Source: Chthoniobacterales bacterium
Lineage (GTDB): Bacteria > Verrucomicrobiota > Verrucomicrobiia > Chthoniobacterales > Chthoniobacteraceae
NCBI GenBank assembly: GCA_038207335.1
Contig: JBBQZX010000004.1
Coordinates: 96,001 to 160,000, forward strand
Length of the DNA: 64,000 nt
Direction of reading: 5' to 3'
Below the pieces are notes generated by a model. The model made no database searches. It was not told the DNA's origin and worked only from the letters and a program-made list of their open reading frames with translations. Shown piece by piece: positions 9,190 through 19,200 of the stretch (positions are counted from its first letter, which is position 1; the number at the start of each line of letters is the position of its first letter). Made by a program: the position numbers and the translations under genes.

Positions 9190-10635
9190 TTAGAGCATGA
9201 AGCCGAGATTTTTCGTCGCGAAGCGCCCGACGTTTGGAAAGACTGCGTCGAGGTCGGAGGCACCGACTCCGAACCAACTGGCGAGCGTCGCACTGTATTG
9301 GTCGATGCTCGTCCGCGGAATCCACCGGCCTGTGCTCGTGTCATCGGGGCCGTTGATTTGCTGGACGGGGAATGTGCCGAACGTCCGCTTTCCATTCACC
9401 GCGCCTCCGACGATGAGGTGGTGGCTACCCCAACCGTGGTCGCTCCCCTGCCCGTTCGTCGGGAACGTGCGACCGAAATCGCTCGCGGTGAACGCCGTCA
9501 CTTTTTCGCCGATCGTGAGCTGCTCCATCGCGCGCTGGAATGCGAAAACGCTCTTGCTGATTTCGCCGAGAAGGTTCGCGTGCGAGCCGGTGAGCGGATT
9601 GTAGTTCGGGCCGTTCGGATCGGTGACCTGCGAGGTGTGCGTGTCGTACCCGCCGACGGAAACGAAGAAAATCTGGCGGCTCATGTTCAGCGCCGCGCGC
9701 GCCTGGATCAGCCGCGCGACCATTTTGAGCTGATTTCCGAGCGTCGTGTTGGGGAATGTGTTCGTCCAATAATTCGCGGCGGCGCTCGGCGCGATCGCAT
9801 TATTGAGCAGGTCGCCGGTGTCGATGGCGCGGCCGGTCACGTCGGCGATTGCCTGCCGCTGGAGATTCACGCTGCTCACGGCGAGCACGTCCTTCAGCGC
9901 CTGCAGCCGCGAGCCAGTCACACCGCTGACTGTAACCGCGCCGCCAGTCGAGACGTGGTATTGCTGAAAGACGTCGCCGACTTCAAAGGTGTTCGCGCCC
10001 GCCAGCGAGGTGCAGAGCGAGATTTTCGCGCTGTTCGCGGTCGGCGCGCCGTCGGCGGCGAGCTGGTATTGCAGCGGATGCAGACGGTCCGCGATTCGCC
10101 CGCCCCAGCCGCTTTTCGGCGGCTGATCGGGGATCGAGGTCTGCCACTGCGTGACTTGGTCGCTGTGGGAAAATAACTGCGGGGGAGTTGGGATGCTTTT
10201 CGCCTGATACTGCGCGCGAGTGATCGGGTAGAGCAGCGTGCCAGCATTGAAAAGGGTGGCGCACTTTTGCTCCGCGAAAAGGGTCTGAAGCTCAGTGCAG
10301 CTCGGGTGCAGGCCGTAGTCGTGGCCGTCGGGATTCAGCGACGGGATTGGCAGCAGCGCGCCCTGTGGGATCGCGAGATTTTGACGAATCGCGGAGTAGT
10401 TCGAGTAGTCGTTTGCGCCGATGGGGATGATGAGGTTGTTCGAGTCGTTGCCTCCGCTGAGGAAGATGCAGACGAGCGCCTTGTAGTCGGTGAACGTCGT
10501 CTGCGCGGCAGCGGTGCTGATGAGGCGCAAGTCCTTGAGCGCGGAGGTGAGACCGAGTGTGCCCAGCGCGGCGCATGAAGCCTGCCGGATAAATGCGCGG
10601 CGCGTGCCGAGATGGGAGAACTCTGTGGATTTCAT
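9190..10635 (-). CDS. Tat-exported DUF1501 family protein
   Basis: TRRAFI twin-arginine signal; DYKALVCIFLSGGNDSNN, LFSHSDQ, GGYDTH, SDFGRT, GSDHGWG. Confidence 0.9.
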   Translation of the reverse strand: MKSTEFSHLGTRRAFIRQASCAALGTLGLTSALKDLRLISTAAAQTTFTDYKALVCIFLSGGNDSNNLIIPIGANDYSNYSAIRQNLAIPQGALLPIPSLNPDGHDYGLHPSCTELQTLFAEQKCATLFNAGTLLYPITRAQYQAKSIPTPPQLFSHSDQVTQWQTSIPDQPPKSGWGGRIADRLHPLQYQLAADGAPTANSAKISLCTSLAGANTFEVGDVFQQYHVSTGGAVTVSGVTGSRLQALKDVLAVSSVNLQRQAIADVTGRAIDTGDLLNNAIAPSAAANYWTNTFPNTTLGNQLKMVARLIQARAALNMSRQIFFVSVGGYDTHTSQVTDPNGPNYNPLTGSHANLLGEISKSVFAFQRAMEQLTIGEKVTAFTASDFGRTFPTNGQGSDHGWGSHHLIVGGAVNGKRTFGTFPVQQINGPDDTSTGRWIPRTSIDQYSATLASWFGVGASDLDAVFPNVGRFATKNLGFML

Positions 10636-10641
10636 GCGCGG

Positions 10642-13600
10642 TTATTTTTGAATGGTGAAGTCGGGGGACGTGACGAGCAGATGGACGACTCCGCGGACGC
10701 GGTCGCGGATTAGATCGGGGAAGCCGCCGACGATGTTCGCGACGGCATTCGTGTAGTTCACGCCGGTGCTGTTCGTGCGCGTCACGGGCACGAGGAAGGT
10801 GTTCGTCGTCGGGTTCACGATCGCGAACGTGCCGTTGATCGAGGGATTGAAACTGCCGCCGGTCACACCGGAGATGGTGACGGTTTGGCCATTGGGAAGT
10901 CCGTGCGCATTTGCCGTGACGGTAGTGAATCCGTTGAGGCTCACGATCGGGCGCGAATTGCCCCCGGAGGTCGCGGTCGCGCTTGTGAGTGTCGCGGCTG
11001 CGTTCGAGCAACTGACCGGGATCGTGAACGTATTAGTGCCAGTGGCGGTGAGAATGAAAGTGCCAATGATCGTGGGTGAAAATGTGCCCCCGCTGACGCC
11101 CGCGATAGTGACATTTTGCCCCGTCGTGAAGCCGTGATTATTTACGGTCAGGCTCGTGAGCGTGGCGCTGCCGAGGCTCGTGATCGCCTTGCCGTACGGG
11201 AGCGAAGATTGCACGTAGCTTTGCACCACGACCTTCGCCGCGGACGGGAGCTGCCCGGCGAGCAAACGCGTGTTCATCTTATCGATGAACGCGCCGAGAT
11301 TCGTGTCGTGAACCCACGGCAATCCGCCCGGCCCCGCACCCATCCACGGCCGCAGATCGACCATGATGTCGCGCCCGCCACTCTTGAAACTCGCGAGACC
11401 TTTCTGCCCGAGCGCGTCGTTGAAAATCCCGTTGTAGAGGAAATTCACCTGCCGGATGACGTTCGTATCCGACGTGAGCTGGAACTCCGGCGTGACGAGC
11501 CCCTCCTGCGAGAGCACGCCGGGATATTGGTAGTCGGGAAGGTAGAAGTTGAACACGGTCGGCGAACGAAGCGGCGTCTGCGCAAGATCGGTGTCGGTGG
11601 TGCCGACATTCCAATCGCTGTAGGTCACCGCCATCGGACCCGAGCGCGTGGCGGCGTCACTCGCGAGGCAAAGATTTCCGGTGCCACTCGTGGTCGGCAG
11701 CACATTCACCGGAAGCACGGCGAATACCGTGCCACTGCGCGAGACGTTTGCGTCCGAGACGTTCACGGTGAAGGTGTTTGCGGTCGGCGCGGGCACGGCC
11801 GCGACCGTGTAGTCGCCGCTCGTCGGCGTCGCCGCAGAGCTGCTGACAAAATCGAGCCGCACCGTCGCACCCGCCGCGAAGCCGTGAGCGGTGCTCGTGA
11901 CGGTGAGCGTGGTGCCGCCCGTGCCGGACTGGCTGTAGGTCGCGGTCTTCGTATTCGGCCCAGCGAAAACGATCGTGTAAATGTCGCTGGACCGGAACGC
12001 GATTGTGCCAGCGCCATTCGCTAGCGCACCTGTCAGGGCTTCCATATAGATGCTGTTGCCGACGCTGAAGTTGAAGCCATTCGTCGGCTGCGTGAACGAG
12101 ATGATCCCGCCGCCCTGCGTGTAGGCAACCGCAGGCTCAAACGATTTTACTCGGGCCGTGAACTGCGTCGGTCCGATCACCGTGAGGCCGTAAGTCGCGT
12201 CTGCTGGCTGGCCGGCGGTGCCGGACGTGGCCGCCTCGAAATCGAGAAACGCCGAATTTCCATCCGCATAAAGGTGATCCGCGCCGGTCGTGACCGTAAT
12301 AAGGCTGCCCGTCTGCGAGTAGCTGCCTGTCACCGGTGGCGGGGCGGGAAACGCGCGCGCTACCGCGGTCGTGCGCAATACTGGTTCGCGCTGTTTTCCA
12401 TACCCCTGAAACGCTGCCGCGATCGGACTGCGCGCCTCGTAATCGAGCAGGATCGCCTTCATCACAGCCTTCATGTCGCCACGCACCCCACTGCCGTTGT
12501 CGTTGAACGCCGACACGACCCGATACAAATAGCCGCGGCTCGGCGTGCTCGTCACGAACCGCTGGATGAGTTGCCGGCAGATGAACGGCGCGCACGTCGG
12601 GTGATTGAAGAGCGCGTCGTGCGCTTTCCCGAGTTCGACTCGAGTGAGCGCCTGATACGCGGGGTCGTTGATCTGCGCCGTGCTATGCGAGCCATATGGA
12701 TCGAGCGCGACACCACCGATGTTCGGCAGGCCAGGCAGCACGACGTTATTCAAAATGCGCTTCTGCCCTGTGAAGTGATGCGACGGCACCTCGGTCATCG
12801 GGTTTAGGTAATTCGAGCTCGGCGACCAGTTGGTCGGCAGCGGCGTCGTCGGCGTCTGGTAGTAGTTCCAGCCGGTGAAAACGTGAGCCATTCCGGTCAC
12901 GCCATCCTGGTCGTAGGTCGGCACCGGCAGGCCTTTCGAGTTCAGCACGAGCGAGCCGTCTGGGTGCAGTTTGTTCAGCCCGATCGAGAAAAGCTGCATG
13001 ATCTCACGCGCGTAATTCTCGTTCGGAATGAGACCCTTCGCCTTGTCCGGCTTGTCGTTTTTCCGCATGTCCAGGAAAATCCCCATCATCGGGTGCAGGG
13101 TCACGTTTTGCAGGACCGAGCGGAAGTTGCCGAACGCGTCATCGAGGAACATGTCGTAGTAATCCGCATGTCCATTCGCCAAATCCTCGAGCACGCCGGA
13201 CGATGAAATCACCGCGATCTGGCTCAGCGCAAATGCCACCCGCTGCCGGAGTTGATCGGGCGCGGTGACGGAGTTCTTCCACCACGAATTGATCTCCAAA
13301 CTCGTGCTGTAAGTCGGGTTCCCGCCGTTCGTCGTATTGCGGCTGGCGAAGACATAGTCGTAGTGATGCGTCGCGGGCGTCGCGAATTGCGCGTCGATCC
13401 AACCGGCGTATCCGAGCGCCTGAACCGCTGCGATGTCATCCGGCGACGGGCCAAAAGTCGATTGAATCAGGAAGCGCGCGGCTGCGTTTGGATCAGTGTG
13501 ATCGTCGGTCCAATTCGGCGCGGCGGGGGGCGGCGTGAATGTCTGCGAGCCGGCCAGAAGCTGGTAGTAGCCCTTGATTTCCCCGCCGATGTAATTCTCC

Positions 13601-16125
13601 GAGTGGACATTGAAATAGATGTGTCCGGTCTTGATGTCCGCCACGATGTCCGCCGCCGAACGCGAGCCTCTCGTGGTGATCGTCCAGCGGTAATTACCAT
13701 CCGGCAGCTTCGTGGCTTCACCCGGCTCATCGAGGTCGCAGACGACGTTCGCGAGGCCACCCGGCGGGTTCGGAATTAGGTCGTCGTGAACATGCATCCC
13801 CTTGAATTCAGAGGAGAGATTCGAGAAATGGACGGAGACGATCGCGAAGGTTTCATCGGCGCTGAGCGAAATTGAGCTACTGCCCGACGCGAGCGTGGAC
13901 GCGCCGTTTTGCGGCACGAGAGTGGCATAAAAGAGCGTGCCCTCAGTCGATGCGGATGGCGCGACCCACGGCGAGAGAACGTATCCCGGCACGACTTCGC
14001 TCGGTGCCGTACCGCTCTCGCCGGGCTTCAGCCAGCCAACAGAGACATGCCCGCTGCCCGCGCTGTCCTTGTGACGCACCTCCACGTAATAGCGCTGCGC
14101 CGCTTTCAAATAGAGTAGCGGAGAAATCGCCCCATTCGCCCATTGCCGATACGTCGTCGCTGCGGTGAGGTCCGCGCGTTTCAGCAAATTCACCGACTCG
14201 TCGTCATCCGAAATCCAGAGCTCCGCGGCGTCGTCGCCGGTCAGCCAAAATTGATACACACCAGTCGTCGGCGCGGTGATGTAACCGCGCAGCCGCGAAC
14301 CGTAAGGCGTGTTCGAGGTCTGCGGCCCCTCCAGTGCCGCGACTGTCCCCGTGCCGGTCGGTGCGCTGGAAAACGGCACATCGCCGAGCGTCGCATAGCT
14401 CGCCGACCACACATCGCGGGTGATCCCGCCGCCGGTAGCTATGACAGTCAAATCGAGGATCGCCGAGCCACTGCCGTTTGCGTTCGTCGCCGTTAGCGGG
14501 ATTTGCCAATTTCCCGCCACCGTCGGCGTCCCGCTGATCGCGCCCGTCCCCGTGTTGATCGTCCATCCGGGCGGTAAATTCACAGCCGCGTAGCTCGTCG
14601 GCGAACCGCTGGCATTGATTTGATAGGTGAAAAGCCCGCTGTCTTTGATCAGCAGCACCGATAGCGGATCGAGAATCTGCGGTGCAGAGTTCGCAAAAAG
14701 CCGTGTTTGCGGGATCACCTGCTTCGTTTGATTCGCGCTCGACCACGACAGCACCGCCTTCGCAGTCCCCGTCGTATCGTAATGCTCCACCACGATCGGA
14801 TACCGAACGCCCGCCTGCAGTTCGATCGTCCCCGAGTACTCCGCGCTGTTCACCGCCGCCGGGCCCCCCGGCCAGTTATTGATTAAAAGCTGCCCGTTCA
14901 CCCAGACGCGTCCCGCCCGGTTGACATCCGCGTAGATCGAGTAAATCTGCGAAAACTCCGGTAGAATCTCCCCCGTCCAGCGGCACGCGAAATAGTCCAC
15001 ATTCACACCGGCCGCCGGTGAATCAGTCCCCTGCACTGTACCGCTGCCCCACGAATAATTCACCGTCGCATCCACTCGCGACACCGCCGGCGCACCCGCA
15101 AATTTCGCCGGATTCGTGTCCGATATCACATTCCCCCCCGACGCCACTTCGTTCCAAAACTGCGCACTCAGTCCCGTTCCATTGGGCTGAACATTATCCC
15201 CGATCAACACCGCCACCACGCTCGGCGCTCCCACCGTGTAGCCTGCATCCGGCGAGATCGTCACGATCACCGACTCCGTCGATTCCACCAGCGCGTCCGC
15301 TTTCGGAGTCACCGGGAGCGTCGCGCTATTCACGCCGATCCCGAGCGTCACCGACCCACTCAGTGCCACATAATCACTCCCCGCCGTCGCGCCCCCGCTC
15401 ACCGAATAGTGCACCGTGATCGCGTTGAAATTTCCGCTCCGGGTGATCGTGAAAACCCCCACGTCCACCGCCGGAAAACCATTCGCCGGCTCAGTCGCCG
15501 TCGCATCCGTCGCCGCCACGCTCACCACATTTGCCGCCGCGAGCCCCTGCGTGATCGCCGTCAAATCATCCGGTGCGCCGGCCCCGCGCGAGTGCGAATT
15601 ATTCGGGTCGAATCCGAGCACGATCTCCTCCCAATCCGTCACCCCATCCCCATCTGAGTCCATGTCCTGCACCAGCACGCGAAAAAATTGACCCGCCGTA
15701 TCCGGCACCGTGGCCGTCATGTCGCCACCGATCCCCGTCACAACCCCACCGACCACATCCGTCCATTCCGCCTCATCCAGTGTCGCCTTGCTCTGCACCT
15801 GATACCGCTTCCCCGACTGTGTCTGGAAAGTGAGATGATAGCCGTAAACATCGACCGACATCGCCGTCACCTTGATCGCCGAATCCGGCTTCATCGGGTC
15901 CGTCCCCGCCGCCGCCTCCACCGCATTCGAGAGCCCGTCTCCGTCGGAATCCGCCGCCCTGTCGAGCGCCGCTGCGCCATATTTCATCGCCCACACATCC
16001 GGGCGTCCGTCGCTATTAAGATCGAGCACCGCGTGCGCGGGAGCCGTCAAAAGCAGGCTGAAAAACAGAGTGCAGACAAGCGCGTGCGCGAGGCTCCGCG
16101 GGGAGAAAGTGCGGGAGATTTTCAT
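10642..16125 (-). CDS. Large secreted DUF1800 family protein with Ca-binding DxDxDG repeats and Calx-beta, PA14, Ig-like and CHRD domains
   Basis: Signal peptide; DSDGDG repeats; PA14-like 'FACRWTGEILP'; CHRD-like 'YFNVHSENYIGGEIKG'; DUF1800 motifs AARFLIQSTFGP, DQLRQRVAFALSQI, PNENYAREIMQLFSIGL, SPTVFNFY. Confidence 0.88.
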   Translation of the reverse strand: MKISRTFSPRSLAHALVCTLFFSLLLTAPAHAVLDLNSDGRPDVWAMKYGAAALDRAADSDGDGLSNAVEAAAGTDPMKPDSAIKVTAMSVDVYGYHLTFQTQSGKRYQVQSKATLDEAEWTDVVGGVVTGIGGDMTATVPDTAGQFFRVLVQDMDSDGDGVTDWEEIVLGFDPNNSHSRGAGAPDDLTAITQGLAAANVVSVAATDATATEPANGFPAVDVGVFTITRSGNFNAITVHYSVSGGATAGSDYVALSGSVTLGIGVNSATLPVTPKADALVESTESVIVTISPDAGYTVGAPSVVAVLIGDNVQPNGTGLSAQFWNEVASGGNVISDTNPAKFAGAPAVSRVDATVNYSWGSGTVQGTDSPAAGVNVDYFACRWTGEILPEFSQIYSIYADVNRAGRVWVNGQLLINNWPGGPAAVNSAEYSGTIELQAGVRYPIVVEHYDTTGTAKAVLSWSSANQTKQVIPQTRLFANSAPQILDPLSVLLIKDSGLFTYQINASGSPTSYAAVNLPPGWTINTGTGAISGTPTVAGNWQIPLTATNANGSGSAILDLTVIATGGGITRDVWSASYATLGDVPFSSAPTGTGTVAALEGPQTSNTPYGSRLRGYITAPTTGVYQFWLTGDDAAELWISDDDESVNLLKRADLTAATTYRQWANGAISPLLYLKAAQRYYVEVRHKDSAGSGHVSVGWLKPGESGTAPSEVVPGYVLSPWVAPSASTEGTLFYATLVPQNGASTLASGSSSISLSADETFAIVSVHFSNLSSEFKGMHVHDDLIPNPPGGLANVVCDLDEPGEATKLPDGNYRWTITTRGSRSAADIVADIKTGHIYFNVHSENYIGGEIKGYYQLLAGSQTFTPPPAAPNWTDDHTDPNAAARFLIQSTFGPSPDDIAAVQALGYAGWIDAQFATPATHHYDYVFASRNTTNGGNPTYSTSLEINSWWKNSVTAPDQLRQRVAFALSQIAVISSSGVLEDLANGHADYYDMFLDDAFGNFRSVLQNVTLHPMMGIFLDMRKNDKPDKAKGLIPNENYAREIMQLFSIGLNKLHPDGSLVLNSKGLPVPTYDQDGVTGMAHVFTGWNYYQTPTTPLPTNWSPSSNYLNPMTEVPSHHFTGQKRILNNVVLPGLPNIGGVALDPYGSHSTAQINDPAYQALTRVELGKAHDALFNHPTCAPFICRQLIQRFVTSTPSRGYLYRVVSAFNDNGSGVRGDMKAVMKAILLDYEARSPIAAAFQGYGKQREPVLRTTAVARAFPAPPPVTGSYSQTGSLITVTTGADHLYADGNSAFLDFEAATSGTAGQPADATYGLTVIGPTQFTARVKSFEPAVAYTQGGGIISFTQPTNGFNFSVGNSIYMEALTGALANGAGTIAFRSSDIYTIVFAGPNTKTATYSQSGTGGTTLTVTSTAHGFAAGATVRLDFVSSSAATPTSGDYTVAAVPAPTANTFTVNVSDANVSRSGTVFAVLPVNVLPTTSGTGNLCLASDAATRSGPMAVTYSDWNVGTTDTDLAQTPLRSPTVFNFYLPDYQYPGVLSQEGLVTPEFQLTSDTNVIRQVNFLYNGIFNDALGQKGLASFKSGGRDIMVDLRPWMGAGPGGLPWVHDTNLGAFIDKMNTRLLAGQLPSAAKVVVQSYVQSSLPYGKAITSLGSATLTSLTVNNHGFTTGQNVTIAGVSGGTFSPTIIGTFILTATGTNTFTIPVSCSNAAATLTSATATSGGNSRPIVSLNGFTTVTANAHGLPNGQTVTISGVTGGSFNPSINGTFAIVNPTTNTFLVPVTRTNSTGVNYTNAVANIVGGFPDLIRDRVRGVVHLLVTSPDFTIQK

Positions 16126-16278
16126 GGCGGGAGAAACCAATGATCGAGCTTAGGCCGTACCACGACCTTCCTTCTATCTGAGCGAAGTTCGCACCGTCCA
16201 CACGCTATTACAATGTTGAAATCGAGGGCGTTCCCCGCTGCGATTTTTTTGGGATAACCAATCGGTTGCGAGGCGCTC

Positions 16279-19200
16279 TCAAGGCGTCCAGCCGGCGCGG
16301 AGGCGAAGATAGCGGCTGGTCGAGAGCGCGGGGTCGCGGACGGTGACGGGGACGACTCCGCCCACAGCGGGATCGATGGTGACTGTGGCGGTGCCGGTCC
16401 ACGGGGTCGTGTGGGTCTTGGTCGCGATGGTCGTCCATGCCGCAAAGTCGCCGGTGGCCTCGACGGTGTAGGTGATCTCGGGAAGGCCGTGGAGCTGCGT
16501 GGCGAGGGTACTCGCGGGGATGGCGATGTGGAGCTCGAGGTGGCCGTCGGCGGCGACGGTGACGGTCGGGATTCCGATGGTCGCGGGCGTGGAGGGATCG
16601 AGGCCGAGGGCAAATTCGATGAGCGCCGGGATGCCGTCGCGATCGATGTCAGCGGTGGCGATGCCGGAGGCAAAGTGTGCGGTCCAATCGGCGAAAGTGC
16701 CGAACGGCGGGATGATTGCGCCGTCGGGGTCGCCGCCGTTGCTCGCGCTCGCAAGCCATGTCGCGCGGTCTCCCCACTGGATCGCGGGGAGCAGCAGATT
16801 GCCAACGACGAGCGAGCGGCCCGCGCCATCCGCACCGGCCTGCCAGGTGTTGTTGTAGGCGAAGTTCATCGCGTTCGCATCGAACGGCGGCGGGAGCTGC
16901 ACTGCGATGGTTTCGCCCGCGTTGTCGAGCTTGCCGGCGTAGGCGCCCGCGACATTCACGGTCGTGCCGTAGCGGCTGCGGAATTTCGCGAGATTCGAGA
17001 CGACCACAATGTTCTGCCCGGGCGCGAGTGTGCCGCCGGTGAAGGTGAAATCCACGCCGTTGGCGATCTTCACGCCAGTGAGATCGAGCGCGGTCGCGCC
17101 TACATTTCGCAGCTCGAGAAACTCGTACTCGGCGCCGCCGATGGGATTGAACATGATCTCGGTGATGCGCAGTCCCCGGAGGATCGCGAGCGCGTTCGCG
17201 TAGGCCGGATCGCTCGTGCCGTTCGCGAGGCCGCGCGTCGGGAGTTCGTAGAATTGATACGCACCCGTCGCATCGCGGCCCTGCGAGCGGTCAGTGGTCT
17301 GGGGGCCGAAGAAGACGACATCGAGGAGCGTCCCGGCAGCGTCGGCAAGCGCGACGCTCTCCTGCTGCGCGTCGAGCGTGAATGCGAGATGTCCCGGGCC
17401 GTTCGCCGGCTTGCCGTCGGCGATGAGTTTCAGGAAGCCGTTCGCCCCGATGAAGCTGAGCGGCGGGAATGTATGCGCGTTCGGGTCCCCGATGCCGTTG
17501 TTGCTCAAATGCACGCCGGAAATCGAAACCGGCAGCGAGCTCGGGTTTGCCAGCTCGATCCAATCGTTGCTGTAGAGCACGACGCCGCTGGTGAACCATT
17601 CGCTGATTCTCACGCCCGACGAACCGCCAACGGCAACCGGTGCATTCGCGGAGTCGAAGGTCGGCGAACATAGAGCCCATGAGCCATTCCGACCCACGCG
17701 ACCGATTGTGAGGTCGGGAATTTGCGGGCCGAATGTGACGGAATCGACAAGCGCGCCGGAGCGGTAAAGCCGAACATCGTCGCCGTCTCTATCGAGGCTG
17801 ATCGCCGTCTGCGAAGTGGTGACGGTGAGGTATCCGCCCGCGGCGATCATCGTGCCAGCGGGGAATGCGTATTTAAGCGGCTTGGTCGCGTCGTCGGTGA
17901 GCGTGTAGCCGCCGAGATCGACGGCGGCGGCGCTGCCGTTGAAAAGTTCGATCGCGTCTGGCAGGAGCGTGGCGCTGTCGGCTCGGACTTCATTGATTCG
18001 CACGAGCTGCGCGGCGGGATCGACGGTCCACGTCCGGGCGGTTGGAGTGAATTGCGGGAGCCCGAGATAGGCTTTCGCCGGATCGGCATCCTGCCAATTC
18101 CCCGCGAAGTCCTGACCCAGCACCTCGAGCGTGTGTGAGCCCGTACCGAGGCCGGTGAGGCTCAGCGTGGATTGCCGCAGTGTCGGGCCGGTGCGCGGGA
18201 AAGTCGCGCCGGAGCCGACCGGAAGCACCGCGCTCCACACGCCGCCATCGAGACGCCATTTGTAGGCGATGAGTCCGGGGCCGCCGATTTGGAATGTGGC
18301 GGTGTTCGAATTCGTCACGGGCACGGGGCCGCCGTCGATGTAGGCCCATTCCGGCGTGGTGAAGCCGAGGTCGAGTTCTGCCGGACCAGCGCCGCGCGCG
18401 GGCGAGCCGGGCTGCAGGTTGTAGTTCTTCTCCGCCGCATCGACAAAGAGCGGCGCGCCCTGCCAGTTCACGCCAAAGGCCGATGAATAGATGGTTCCCG
18501 GGTGGTTGGCCCCGATGCTCGTGTCAGTCACAGCATCGAGCAGATTCTGGTTGAACTCGATCTTCGTGGTGAAGCTGTTGTTGAACGTATTCGTCGCCGT
18601 CTGGACCAAATCCGCATCGCCGACGAGGCGCGGGACGCCGCTGATGATGTTGTATCCGAAATACGCGCCGTCGCCGTGGCCGGGCGTCGCGCCGTCGTTG
18701 CGCACGAGCATGTTGGCGACGCTGCAATTCACATTCTGGTCGATGAAATATGGCGCGCCCGCCACATAGTGAAAGTCGGGGTGAATGCTGGCGATCGTGT
18801 TGTGCTCGATGATCGCAGCCACCTGCGCCTTGCAGTTGATGACGTGGTCGATGTCGAAGAACAAATTCCGCGCGACCATGTTCGTCGTCGCGACGCCGGA
18901 GGTGCCGGTGCTGATCGCATTCGAGTAGCCGGTGTCGGAGGTATATTGGTCCTTGGTCCCACGCTCGATGATGTTGTTCGCGATGAGTGCGTCGCCCGCG
19001 AGATCGAGGTGCTCGTCGCCAGTCAGTCCGTGGAAATAATTATAGCGGCAATCGAGCGGGAAGGTGACCCCGGCGCGTCCGCCGTCGCCGTCGAAGACGT
19101 CGTTGTGCCCCTTGTTTCCGTAGAAGTCGTTGAAGTAAACGCGGAACCATCCGCCGATCGGAAAGCCGCCGTTGAACGCCGCATTTGCGACCTCCGGGTC

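Noticed and set aside
16126..16278. Intergenic leader considered as a riboswitch or sRNA
   Set aside because: No recognisable conserved RNA motif; would need an Rfam/Infernal scan
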